Shown one piece after another: positions 18,558-27,762 of a DNA stretch of 47,688 nucleotides. Origin of the DNA: Candidatus Poribacteria bacterium (GTDB lineage: Bacteria; Poribacteria; WGA-4E; UBA9662). The translations under genes were made by a program, and so were the position numbers. Position 1 is the first letter of the stretch; each line of letters starts with the position of its first letter. Where the stretch lies: positions 1 to 47,688 of the forward strand of contig JAYZAL010000002.1 of the NCBI GenBank assembly GCA_036339735.1, read 5' to 3'. Under the pieces are notes generated by a model. The model was not told the DNA's origin. It saw nothing but the letters and a program-made list of their open reading frames with translations, and made no database searches.

Positions 18558-18784
18558 CCGATTCTGTTCTTACTAAAAGTCAGTTTTGGCTCAACGGCAA
18601 AGTCGCCTGTAAGCGTTTTACGTTTTTGTTTTTAGTGTCCAGAGTAGAATACTCAATTGGGGTAGCCATGCCATTTTTAAAAGAGCTAAGGTCTTTCTTT
18701 TTCTCACTAGATAATGTTAATTAGCAGGAAAATTTGAATAAAGAGACAGCCACTAAATTAATTAAATTTTGGTATTGACGTTTT

Positions 18785-20158
18785 ATGAATCGAATTGGAG
18801 TCTTAACTGCTGGAGGCGACACACCGGCTCTAAACGCTACCCTACATGGGGTAGTAGCTCGTGCTAATGAACTTCGTATCGAAGTCTTTGGTTTGTTGAA
18901 GGGTTACCATTCTTTATTGACCAACCCTGTACCTTATCTTCGCTTAAATCCCCTGTTCCAGCCTATTCCTGAACTAGACCCAACCTATGGAGGTTCAATT
19001 TTAGGTTCTTCCAGGGCTTACGTAGATTCTAACGACCAAAATGTAGTAGATGGAATTGTCGAACGTTTAGAGAAACTGTCAATTAATGGGCTGATTTGCA
19101 TTGGTGGGGACGGCACACTCAATGCTATGGCGGCTTTGGCTGAACATTTCCCCACAGTATTAGCTCCTAAGACCATTGACAACGATTTGGGATTGAATTA
19201 TCGAAGTGAGCCAACGGAGTGGAAAAGAAATCAAAAAAATGAGACTTATTCTCGAACAAGAATGGTTAATCATATGAATTTGGACGATATGATTAACTAT
19301 GTTACGCCTGGTTATGCCACCGCTGTTTTTGTTTCAGCCCAAGGTGTTCAGCGAATCCGGACAACTGCAGAAAGTCATCGCCGGGTTGCTATTATTGAAG
19401 TTATGGGTCGGCAATCAGGATACTTGGCTTTGGGTTCAGCCTATGGGCAGCCTGATTTAATACTAGTACCCGAACATCCGTTGCAACAAGAAGCATTAGT
19501 GCAAAAGATTAAAGACATATATGATGTCCAGAAAAACGTAGTTATCGTAATTTCGGAAGGGATAGTTGATGATGCGGGAACCATATTAGGCAACATGAAT
19601 CCGACTAAAGATCCATCTGGTAACATCGTTTATAATGGAGCTGCAGAAAGTCTGAAGCAAATTTTGGTTAGAGACTTAGGAGATGAGTACTTTATTAATC
19701 AACGCCAACATGATTCGGCTAGTGATGCCATTTTTACAAGGAAAGTTGGTCATACTCAAAGGGGGGGACGTCCAATCCTTTTCGACCGATTTTATGCATC
19801 TCAATTAGGTGGAAAATCAATAGATATGTTACTAGAAGGATGGCGGAATGGTATAGCTGTCCTTCAGCACACTAGCGAAGAAGGCTTTGTGCTAGATAGT
19901 ATTGACGCAAACATGCTTAGAGATCCATGGGGTGAAATACATCCCAGATATATGCACGCTAGTTTCTACGATGTTGGACGCTTTCAGCCGTCCGAAATCG
20001 GCATACAATACCTGAAGCCAATTTTCTCTAACGCTATTGGTGCAGACGATGTCGAAACTATCCGCTCTCAATTATTCGATTCTAGTCACCTGACTCAGCC
20101 ATATTCTTCCGTCAATGTTGACATTCGAAAGCGTACTCATTATCTAGAATTACCTTAA
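18785..20158 (+). CDS. pfkA: 6-phosphofructokinase-family (PfkA fold) kinase, divergent
   Basis: IGVLTAGGD, GGSILGSSR, IGGDGT, PKTIDND, EVMGR, SEG, GHTQRGG. Confidence 0.88.
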   Translation: MNRIGVLTAGGDTPALNATLHGVVARANELRIEVFGLLKGYHSLLTNPVPYLRLNPLFQPIPELDPTYGGSILGSSRAYVDSNDQNVVDGIVERLEKLSINGLICIGGDGTLNAMAALAEHFPTVLAPKTIDNDLGLNYRSEPTEWKRNQKNETYSRTRMVNHMNLDDMINYVTPGYATAVFVSAQGVQRIRTTAESHRRVAIIEVMGRQSGYLALGSAYGQPDLILVPEHPLQQEALVQKIKDIYDVQKNVVIVISEGIVDDAGTILGNMNPTKDPSGNIVYNGAAESLKQILVRDLGDEYFINQRQHDSASDAIFTRKVGHTQRGGRPILFDRFYASQLGGKSIDMLLEGWRNGIAVLQHTSEEGFVLDSIDANMLRDPWGEIHPRYMHASFYDVGRFQPSEIGIQYLKPIFSNAIGADDVETIRSQLFDSSHLTQPYSSVNVDIRKRTHYLELP

Positions 20159-20208
20159 CGATACCAAAAAAGCGATTTTTCTTAATTAGCCAACCTATTT
20201 TCAGTATC

Positions 20209-20237
20209 TTGACTTTCTAAATGACAAGTGATAAAAT
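20209..20237 (+). promoter_or_regulatory. Sigma70-type promoter for the ABC pair
   Basis: TTGACT-17 bp-TAAAAT with extended TG. Confidence 0.6.
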
Positions 20238-20363
20238 GCCGGTTCTAGTTGGTCGTGGTTTTTCCCGGAAACCTCGTAACTAATATTAATTTAACCCGAA
20301 AAAACAGAGTTTTTGATCAATGAGTGGTACGAATTTCACCCTAGATTTTGGTTGTAATTAGCT

Positions 20364-21014
20364 ATGGCAAATCAGAGTCGAAATGTAATAGGTCAACAAA
20401 TTGAACTACCGTTTTCTGAATCTCTTCGAATTAGCTATCAGAGTTTAATGATTCGGTTCGGCCGATCGGTGATTACTACTGCGGGTATTACGTTAGGTAT
20501 TGCCTTTCTAATCTTCGTAGTTATTTCAAACGAAGTCAGCTTATCGACTAGTGCTGGTAGTACCAGCGAGCAGATTATGGATTTGGGTGAGGAAAAAGAA
20601 ACTGGCATTTCAACAAAAGATAAATGGTTGATCATTATGTCCTTGATTGTCTGTGTAGTTGGTATTACAAATGCCATGCTAATGTCGGTTACCGAAAGAT
20701 TTCGTGAAATTGGCACCATGAAATGTCTAGGAGCTTTAGATCACTTTGTGGTAATTTTGTTTCTGCTAGAATCAGGGTTTCAAGGCTTTGCTGGTGCATT
20801 AATCGGGGCACTGATTGGATTAGTAGCCTCTCTACTAATGAGTTTTGCGAATTTTGGCTTGGACATGTTCATGGATTTTCCGCTTCTGCGTATCCTTCTA
20901 TGGCTGATAGGTGGATGTTTCTTGGGTATGGTGTTGGCCGTTTTGGGAGCAGCTTTTCCCGCTTGGAGTGCAGCTAAGCTACCACCAGCAGAAGCCATGA
21001 GAACTGACATGTAG
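20364..21014 (+). CDS. Short FtsX/MacB-like ABC permease
   Basis: RSVITTAGITLGIA, NAMLMSVTERFREIGTMKCLGA, PAWSAAKLPPAEAMR; about 4 TM segments. Confidence 0.9.
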   Translation: MANQSRNVIGQQIELPFSESLRISYQSLMIRFGRSVITTAGITLGIAFLIFVVISNEVSLSTSAGSTSEQIMDLGEEKETGISTKDKWLIIMSLIVCVVGITNAMLMSVTERFREIGTMKCLGALDHFVVILFLLESGFQGFAGALIGALIGLVASLLMSFANFGLDMFMDFPLLRILLWLIGGCFLGMVLAVLGAAFPAWSAAKLPPAEAMRTDM

Positions 21015-21058
21015 GACCATTAAAATTCAAGACGTTTGGTTAAGGAACACCTTAAAAA

Positions 21059-21784
21059 ATGACAGAAGTTATTGTCAAAACTGACGAAGTAGTCAAAGAA
21101 TACCGGATGGGTACTAACGTAGTGAAGGCCTTAAGCGGTGTTAACTTAGAGATTTATCAAGGTGAATATCTGTCGTTAATGGGTCCTTCGGGGTCAGGTA
21201 AATCAACGTTGTTTAATATGATTGGGGCCTTAGATCGACCAACTACAGGCAATGTTTTTATCGATGGTCAAAACACATCAAGTCTCAGTATGTCCCAAAT
21301 CGCTTGGCTTCGATGCCACAAGATAGGATACATTTTTCAGAGTTATAATCTACTACCAGTGATGACGGCTTTGCAAAACGTTACATTGCCAATGATTTTT
21401 GCTGGCTTATCGGTAAAAGAAAGAAATGTCAAAGGTGAAGAACTTCTAGAACGGGTCGGTTTAGGAGAGAGAGTACACCATTTGCCAGACGAGCTCTCGG
21501 GTGGTCAAAGACAGCGTGTGGCAATCGCTCGCGCTTTAGCTAACGACCCAAATATCATATTGGCTGATGAGCCAACAGCTAATCTCGATATGACGATTGG
21601 ACGTGAAATTATCACCTTAGTCAAACGTCTAAATACGGAAAATAATGTTACAATTATTTCGGCCACCCATGACCTGAAAATGCTTGATGTATCAGACCGA
21701 ATCGTAGATATTCGGGATGGAAAAGTTGAACGAATCCGGAATCGGGATGAGATACAACTAGAAGTCGGTGCAGTTGGACACTAG
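21059..21784 (+). CDS. LolD/MacB-like ABC ATP-binding protein
   Basis: GPSGSGKST, LSGGQRQRVAIARAL, ILADEPTANLD, ATHD. Confidence 0.95.
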   Translation: MTEVIVKTDEVVKEYRMGTNVVKALSGVNLEIYQGEYLSLMGPSGSGKSTLFNMIGALDRPTTGNVFIDGQNTSSLSMSQIAWLRCHKIGYIFQSYNLLPVMTALQNVTLPMIFAGLSVKERNVKGEELLERVGLGERVHHLPDELSGGQRQRVAIARALANDPNIILADEPTANLDMTIGREIITLVKRLNTENNVTIISATHDLKMLDVSDRIVDIRDGKVERIRNRDEIQLEVGAVGH

Positions 21785-21919
21785 CTTAATCCTGTCATCT
21801 AGGTTGAATAATCTCAATGTTCGTTTTGTACCCTCCTTCCAATTTCATTTTTTGCTAATTTACTTTTGGTGTACAGTCTTTTACCGAAATAATATCTGTT
21901 TTCTTTAGGAGAATACCCA

Positions 21920-23128
21920 ATGGCGCTTATTTTACCTGATGGTGGAGAGCTTATTGATTTGATTGTGCCTGATCCACAACGGATTGATAAAAACAAAACA
22001 GCTCAACACCTTCCTTATCTTGACATCAACGATTATGATTTACAATGGATTCATATTCTCAGTGAAGGGTGGGCCAGTCCCCTACGTGGTTTTATGAGAG
22101 AATCTGAATTTTTACAGACACTACATTTTAATGCTATTCGACAGACTGATGGCACGTGGGTCAACCAGTCTATTCCGATTACACTAGATACTACTGAGGA
22201 ACAAAAAAATCGTTTAGACAAGAGTGAACAAATAGCGCTGCGCTTCGAAGGCCAACCCGTCGCAATTTTGAAGGATCCAGAGTTTTATGCTCATCAAAGA
22301 GAAGAACGCTCAGCTCGTACAATTGGCTTAACGAATGTTGAACATCCAACAGTTGAAAGAATTATGGCAATGGGAGAGTATTTAGTTGGTGGTGAATTAG
22401 AGGTGCTAAAACCAATTACTTATGACGATGGCCTCGATCATTATCGTCTGTCGCCAGCCGCACTTCGGGCTGAATTTCAGAAACGAAATGCTGATGCTAT
22501 TTATGCTTTTCAACTACGTAACCCTGTCCATAACGGGCATGCTCTACTGATGAACGACACTAAACGGAAATTGAAAGCTGAAGGCTTCCATAATCCGTTG
22601 CTACTATTACATCCTCTAGGTGGTTGGACAAAAGAAGATGATGTACCATTAGACATCCGTATGAAACAACATGATGCAGTCTTAGCAGACGAAATTCTAG
22701 ATCCCGAAACAACTATTGTTGCTATTTTTCCGAGTCCGATGATTTATGCTGGTCCGACTGAAGTTCAATGGCATGCCAAAGCTCGCATTAATGCAGGAGC
22801 TGATCACTATATAGTTGGTCGAGATCCGGCCGGGATGAGCCACCCCAATACGGGAGGTCCCATATATGACCCATTCCATGGAATGAAAGTAATTCAATCG
22901 GCTCCAGGTCTAGACCGACTCAAGATTATCGAATTTCGATTCGCAGCTTACGATATTAAAGCTGAACAGATGAGTTTCTTTGATCCCAGTCGAGCGGGTG
23001 ATTTTATTAGTATTTCTGGTTCTAAAATGCGAGAATACGCTCGAAATGGAGAATCACCTCCCAAAGGTTTTATGGGTGAACAGGCTTGGAAGGTCGTGGC
23101 TGATTACTATGATAGTTTACCTAACTAA
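21920..23128 (+). CDS. sat: Sulfate adenylyltransferase (ATP sulfurylase), plant/animal-type
   Basis: QLRNPVHNGH, LLLHPLGG, YAGPTEVQWHAKAR, IVGRDPAG, ISGSKMR; RBS aggag at 21907-21911. Confidence 0.95.
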   Translation: MALILPDGGELIDLIVPDPQRIDKNKTAQHLPYLDINDYDLQWIHILSEGWASPLRGFMRESEFLQTLHFNAIRQTDGTWVNQSIPITLDTTEEQKNRLDKSEQIALRFEGQPVAILKDPEFYAHQREERSARTIGLTNVEHPTVERIMAMGEYLVGGELEVLKPITYDDGLDHYRLSPAALRAEFQKRNADAIYAFQLRNPVHNGHALLMNDTKRKLKAEGFHNPLLLLHPLGGWTKEDDVPLDIRMKQHDAVLADEILDPETTIVAIFPSPMIYAGPTEVQWHAKARINAGADHYIVGRDPAGMSHPNTGGPIYDPFHGMKVIQSAPGLDRLKIIEFRFAAYDIKAEQMSFFDPSRAGDFISISGSKMREYARNGESPPKGFMGEQAWKVVADYYDSLPN

Positions 23129-23183
23129 TACAATAATTAGGTTAGATTGACCGCTGATCACATGGAAAGCGAGGGATTCAGAA

Positions 23184-24041
23184 TTATTCATTCTTTCTAT
23201 GCCTCGTTTTTTTGTACCGGTACAAAGTGCGGCCATATGGTTCAGCGGTTCCTTCGTATTTTGGAAGAAGATTTTTGATTTTGGCTTTGTCTGCAATTGG
23301 CCAATCTTCTGGTAGAGACTGTGTTTTTGCTACCATTTGAGCCTTTATTCTTTCTGGTAAACATGAGAAATCAGGCTGGTACCACAGTGTAATGACTGTG
23401 CGTCTACGGTCTGATTGGTTGGCGTGTGAAGCATGAAGAAGTCTTGCATCTCCGATTATCAGGTCCCCGGCTGTGACAGGCACATCAATTTCATCCGGCC
23501 GGACAGAAAATTCAGCTCTGTCGAGACTATCAGCAGCCGAGATGTCTGCTCGGTGTGGGTTGCCTAGTTGCTCGTGTAATGAGTTATGTTCACAATGGGA
23601 TCCTGGAATAACCCGTAGGCAACCGTTTTCCCGTTTTGTATCAACTAAATAATACATGAAAAACACTTGTTGAGGATGCCTATCATATGCAGTGGGATCA
23701 TCCCAAGCAAACCAGTCGTAATGCCAAAACAAAGGTGGGCTATGTGGCGGTTTACTGATAATGTAACCATCAGTGAATGTGGGGGTGTCAAAACCCATCT
23801 GCGTAAACAGAGACAAGGAAGTAGGCCAAGCAATCAGTTCTGCGAAAATGGGATCACACATTGTAGATAACATACTACCTTGGGATCGGAACCTGCGTCT
23901 CGCCTTCATATCATCTGCACTACATAGTCTATCTGTAACAATCTTTAGTCGTTTTAACAGTTCAGGAGCCAAAACTCTCGGAACAATACAAAATCCATCT
24001 TGTATCAATTGGCTGTACTTTTCTTTTGATTGCATTTTCAA
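23184..24041 (-). CDS. PhyH-family Fe(II)/2-oxoglutarate dioxygenase
   Basis: DGFCIVPRVL, WHYD (HxD), NGCLRVIPGSH, LLHASHANQSDRRR. Confidence 0.9.
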   Translation of the reverse strand: MKMQSKEKYSQLIQDGFCIVPRVLAPELLKRLKIVTDRLCSADDMKARRRFRSQGSMLSTMCDPIFAELIAWPTSLSLFTQMGFDTPTFTDGYIISKPPHSPPLFWHYDWFAWDDPTAYDRHPQQVFFMYYLVDTKRENGCLRVIPGSHCEHNSLHEQLGNPHRADISAADSLDRAEFSVRPDEIDVPVTAGDLIIGDARLLHASHANQSDRRRTVITLWYQPDFSCLPERIKAQMVAKTQSLPEDWPIADKAKIKNLLPKYEGTAEPYGRTLYRYKKTRHRKNE

Positions 24042-24051
24042 TTTCTAAACC

Positions 24052-24933
24052 CTATAAATCAATTTTACGTAGAACGGGGTTAAAAGGTGTTAACCCAACA
24101 AACACAGTGTCCCCCGGCCTAAATTGATGAACCTCATCTTTGTCGACTATCACTTGAACAGAATCTATCCCAATTAAAATTGTTAGAACGAACATCACAT
24201 CTTGTTGATTAATGTCGATGATTTTTCCGACGAATTCACATCCACCATTGATAGCTTTCTGGTCAGTAAATATCTCAGCTGGCTGACCTCGCTTTTCGAT
24301 TCGACCTTGTTCAATGGTAAGAACATAATCTGACATTTTTATAATTTCGGCAAGGTCATGGCTGATCAATATTGTTGTTAATTCATATTCGTAATGTAGA
24401 CAAAGAATATACTGCTGCAGTTTGTGTTGCATATCAACGTCCAGTGCCGATAGTGGTTCATCCAACATCAGGATTTGTGGTCGTTGAACTAAAGAACGAG
24501 CTAAGGCAACTCTTTGTTGTTGGCCACCTGATAACATATTGGGTTTTCGGTCTTGTAAGTCTCCAAGTTCTACAAGTTCAATCAGGTCATCTATTATTTG
24601 AGGGGCTTGGCCTTGTGTTAAAGCAAAATGAAGGTTTTGACGAACAGTCATATTAGGAAACAGTGCATAATCCTGAAAAAGAAAACCAATACTGCGCTTT
24701 TGTGGAGGTCGATCAATATTTTTCTTAGTATCTAGCCATACGTCACCATTGACCCAAATATACCCTGTGTCAGGATGCATCAAACCTGCTAACATTCGTA
24801 GAATAGAAGTTTTCCCAGCACCAGATTTACCGTAAATCGTTACAAAACTGTTGGCTTCAATTTGAACATCAACTTTGAGTTTCATCAATCCATCAGATGA
24901 GAATAACTGCTTTTCTAGGTTGAATTCAATCAT
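24052..24933 (-). CDS. modC: Molybdate ABC transporter ATP-binding subunit
   Basis: GKSGAGKTS, LFQDYALFP, LSGGQQQR, LDEPLSALD; short TOBE-like C-terminus; overlaps modB by 4 bp. Confidence 0.9.
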   Translation of the reverse strand: MIEFNLEKQLFSSDGLMKLKVDVQIEANSFVTIYGKSGAGKTSILRMLAGLMHPDTGYIWVNGDVWLDTKKNIDRPPQKRSIGFLFQDYALFPNMTVRQNLHFALTQGQAPQIIDDLIELVELGDLQDRKPNMLSGGQQQRVALARSLVQRPQILMLDEPLSALDVDMQHKLQQYILCLHYEYELTTILISHDLAEIIKMSDYVLTIEQGRIEKRGQPAEIFTDQKAINGGCEFVGKIIDINQQDVMFVLTILIGIDSVQVIVDKDEVHQFRPGDTVFVGLTPFNPVLRKIDL

Positions 24934-25604
24934 ACTTTCACACGACTAAAGCTACCATTATTAACGAGATATACCAATAACAGGATAGTAAATGATAATG
25001 CAAATAAGATCAGCGAATAGATGTTAGCTAAACTATAATTAAGTGATTCTACTTGATCATAAATAAAGATAGATGCCACTTTAGTCTTTCCAGGTATATT
25101 TCCTCCGATCATCAAGACTACTCCAAATTCACCAATAGTATGAGCAAAGGATAAGACTATCCCAGTCAACAGTGCGGGTTTGATATTTGGCAACAAAACC
25201 TTAAATAGAGTCGTTATTTTTGATTTACCTAATATGTAAGAGGCTTCAGCCAAAGAAGGAGGTAAATTCGACAAACCAGATTGTATCGAATGAACCATAA
25301 AAGGTAGGCTATAGATTGTCGAAGCAATAACTAACCCATGGAAAGAGAAGACCAGACGAAGACCCAACCAGTTATCGATCCACTGGCCAAATTTATTAGA
25401 TGGACTGAAAACGACCAGCAAATAAAAACCTAATACAGTCGGGGGAAGAACTAAGGGCATACTAACTAGTGTTTCAATCACAGTTTTAAAGTAAGATTGA
25501 GTTCTAGTTAACCAATATGCCAAAGGGATGCTAATAATCAATAAAATTATCGTGGTAATGCTAGCTAGTTTGAAAGTTAAAACTAATGGTTCCCAATCGA
25601 TCAT
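24930..25604 (-). CDS. modB: Molybdate ABC transporter permease
   Basis: PLVLPPTVLGFYLL, FAHTIGEFGVVLMIGGNIPG. Confidence 0.95.
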   Translation of the reverse strand: MIDWEPLVLTFKLASITTIILLIISIPLAYWLTRTQSYFKTVIETLVSMPLVLPPTVLGFYLLVVFSPSNKFGQWIDNWLGLRLVFSFHGLVIASTIYSLPFMVHSIQSGLSNLPPSLAEASYILGKSKITTLFKVLLPNIKPALLTGIVLSFAHTIGEFGVVLMIGGNIPGKTKVASIFIYDQVESLNYSLANIYSLILFALSFTILLLVYLVNNGSFSRVKV

Positions 25605-25999
25605 TTTATCAATATCAAATTGTTGGCCTTTATCATAGCCGTGATTTCAGAATCGACCTTTAATTCTAATCGGTTGACAGAAACAGTAGGTATAACTGAG
25701 GTCAACATGCCGATCTCAGTCTTCAATAATAGCCGACTCATTAATAAACCAGATTCGATAGTGTAGATCTTTCCAGCTAACCGATTTTGTAAACTAATAT
25801 GATCAACTAATCCTGTTGAAATGATGACTTCTGTTGCTTTAAAAACTACCTGAATGGGGTTGCCGATTTTGAGATGGGGAGAATTCTGTTGCGTTTGCAT
25901 CACAATAGCAAATAATGTCACAGTCCCAACTTTAATGCTAACAAATGATAAACTATTCTTAGTCTCAATATTTTCGATTTTCCCAGATAATCGGTTCAT
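25601..25999 (-). CDS. Double TOBE/Mop domain molybdate-binding protein
   Basis: MNRLSGKI...FKATEV and SLQNRLAGKI...AMIKA repeats; sits between modA and modB with 4-bp overlaps. Confidence 0.85.
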   Translation of the reverse strand: MNRLSGKIENIETKNSLSFVSIKVGTVTLFAIVMQTQQNSPHLKIGNPIQVVFKATEVIISTGLVDHISLQNRLAGKIYTIESGLLMSRLLLKTEIGMLTSVIPTVSVNRLELKVDSEITAMIKANNLILIK

Positions 26000-26856
26000 T
26001 TGATCCTGTTCATAATTCGATTATATTGTCCAGAGAGATTACTCGTCACATAACCAAATTTCTCTAAAATAGTTTTTGCTTCCACAGAAAACAGAAACTC
26101 TGAAAATTGCTGAGTCTGATAAGAATTTTTTGACTTATGGTCAATTATAACCATACCTTGTGCAATTGGCTCATAAAAACTAGTTGAAACTTCTACCCAT
26201 TGACCTTGGTCAGCCAATCTCTTAGAGAGGACAACCGACTTAGCAGTAAATCCGACTTCGACTGCCTGCGACAAAATAAACTGGTTAGTTTGAGAGATAC
26301 TTTCACCAAAAACCAGTTTAGCTTTTATCTCATCATATACATCATAATTCTTCAACGCTTGCATAGCTGCCAAACCATAAGGTGAGGTTTGTGGATTGGC
26401 TATGGCTATGCGATTAATATTCACATGAGTTAGTATTTGGTCTGAGACTTTTATATAGTCACACATACTCCAAATAACTAATTTTCCGTAAGCATATACT
26501 TTTGGTGGTTTGAGGGTCGATCCAGTATCGAATAAAGACATTGGATATTTCATATCAGCTGAAACAAAAATGTCAAATGGGGCACCTTCTCTTATTTGAG
26601 CGGCGAGTTTACCAGATGAACCAATAATAACCTGGCAAGGAATACTGGTATGATCTGAGAAAGTATCTACTAGTTCATTGATGGCAAATTGCATATTTGC
26701 TGCTGCCGCAATGGTTAGTTGAGTAGTCGGTTTGGTTGATACTGACGAACTTGTATCTGTCGATTTGCAGCCGGTTATATTACCAGATAGAAGAGTATTT
26801 ACCAATACAAGGAATACAAGTTTAATTTGAATTGAACGGGTCAGAAAATGAATCAT
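25996..26856 (-). CDS. modA: Molybdate ABC transporter substrate-binding protein
   Basis: IAAAANM, GSSGKL..QI..GAPFDIFVSAD, IAIANPQTSPYG, GESISQ. Start moved to ATG 26856 to avoid overlapping prmC. Confidence 0.92.
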   Translation of the reverse strand: MIHFLTRSIQIKLVFLVLVNTLLSGNITGCKSTDTSSSVSTKPTTQLTIAAAANMQFAINELVDTFSDHTSIPCQVIIGSSGKLAAQIREGAPFDIFVSADMKYPMSLFDTGSTLKPPKVYAYGKLVIWSMCDYIKVSDQILTHVNINRIAIANPQTSPYGLAAMQALKNYDVYDEIKAKLVFGESISQTNQFILSQAVEVGFTAKSVVLSKRLADQGQWVEVSTSFYEPIAQGMVIIDHKSKNSYQTQQFSEFLFSVEAKTILEKFGYVTSNLSGQYNRIMNRIK

Positions 26857-26893
26857 GTGAACTCGTTCTGGCAAGAGAATCAGAAAATTGAAT

Positions 26894-27748
26894 TTAGACC
26901 TGTACGACCAATACACGGGAAATACCTGAAAGATCAGGTACAAAGTCGATCTTTTGGTATTTTTTCGAACAGTGAACAAAATCTTCAACGTCGGGCCGTT
27001 GATCTTTTCCAATTTCTATTGCTAGGCGACCGTTTGGTCTTAAATAGTTGGGAGCCGATTCAATCAGTTTCCGAATCAACTGTAATCCATCTGGCGGTGA
27101 AGTTAAAGCCAACTTAGGTTCGAAGTTTCGCACGTCGGGAGGTAATGTCTTATAATCCTGACTTGAAATATAAGGGGGGTTAGATACAATCCAGTCAAAC
27201 TTATTATCGACGTTTTCTAGAGTAGACAGCATATCACCTGATCGAAATTCTATCTGACTTTGATGCCGAGTGGCATTAGTCTTTGCTACAGCGAGAGCTT
27301 CGATGGAAATGTCAGTTGCCACAATGTACCATTCAGGCCGATTAAAAGCTAAGCTAACAGCAATAACTCCACTTCCGGTTCCAATGTCTACCAAGCTTAT
27401 CGAACCATGCTTGCTGGTTCGATCAAGCACATATTCGACTAGAATTTCAGTCTCTGGCCGTGGGATTAAGACACGCGAATCGACATAAAAATCGAGCGAC
27501 ATAAATTCACGGTGGTTGGTCAAATAGCTGATTGGGGTGTGTTCTTTACGTCTTTGAACTAGTTGTCGAAATGCTGACAAATGATCTGGGAAAACGGGCA
27601 TCTCAAAACTTAGGTATAGTTGCAATCTACTTTTTTGCAAAACGAAACCTAGTAAGACCTCAGCATCAAGGCGAGGCGTTGTAATACCACTTTCCCTAAA
27701 ATAGTTCTCAGTCCACTCAACTAGGTCGAGAACAGTCCAAGTTTTCAC
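26894..27748 (-). CDS. prmC: Release factor glutamine methyltransferase
   Basis: VLIPRPETE, DIGTGSG, SNPPY; directly follows prfA. Confidence 0.96.
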   Translation of the reverse strand: MKTWTVLDLVEWTENYFRESGITTPRLDAEVLLGFVLQKSRLQLYLSFEMPVFPDHLSAFRQLVQRRKEHTPISYLTNHREFMSLDFYVDSRVLIPRPETEILVEYVLDRTSKHGSISLVDIGTGSGVIAVSLAFNRPEWYIVATDISIEALAVAKTNATRHQSQIEFRSGDMLSTLENVDNKFDWIVSNPPYISSQDYKTLPPDVRNFEPKLALTSPPDGLQLIRKLIESAPNYLRPNGRLAIEIGKDQRPDVEDFVHCSKKYQKIDFVPDLSGISRVLVVQV

Positions 27749-27762
27749 TTCGGTTCTTGAGA

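Noticed and set aside
18500-18724. 74-aa ORF bridging the epimerase and pfk
   Set aside because: Overlaps the epimerase 3' end out of frame, with no RBS or motif.
26857-27012. N-terminal extension of modA overlapping prmC by 119 bp
   Set aside because: ATG 26856 gives a normal exported ModA; the extension is just an open frame.
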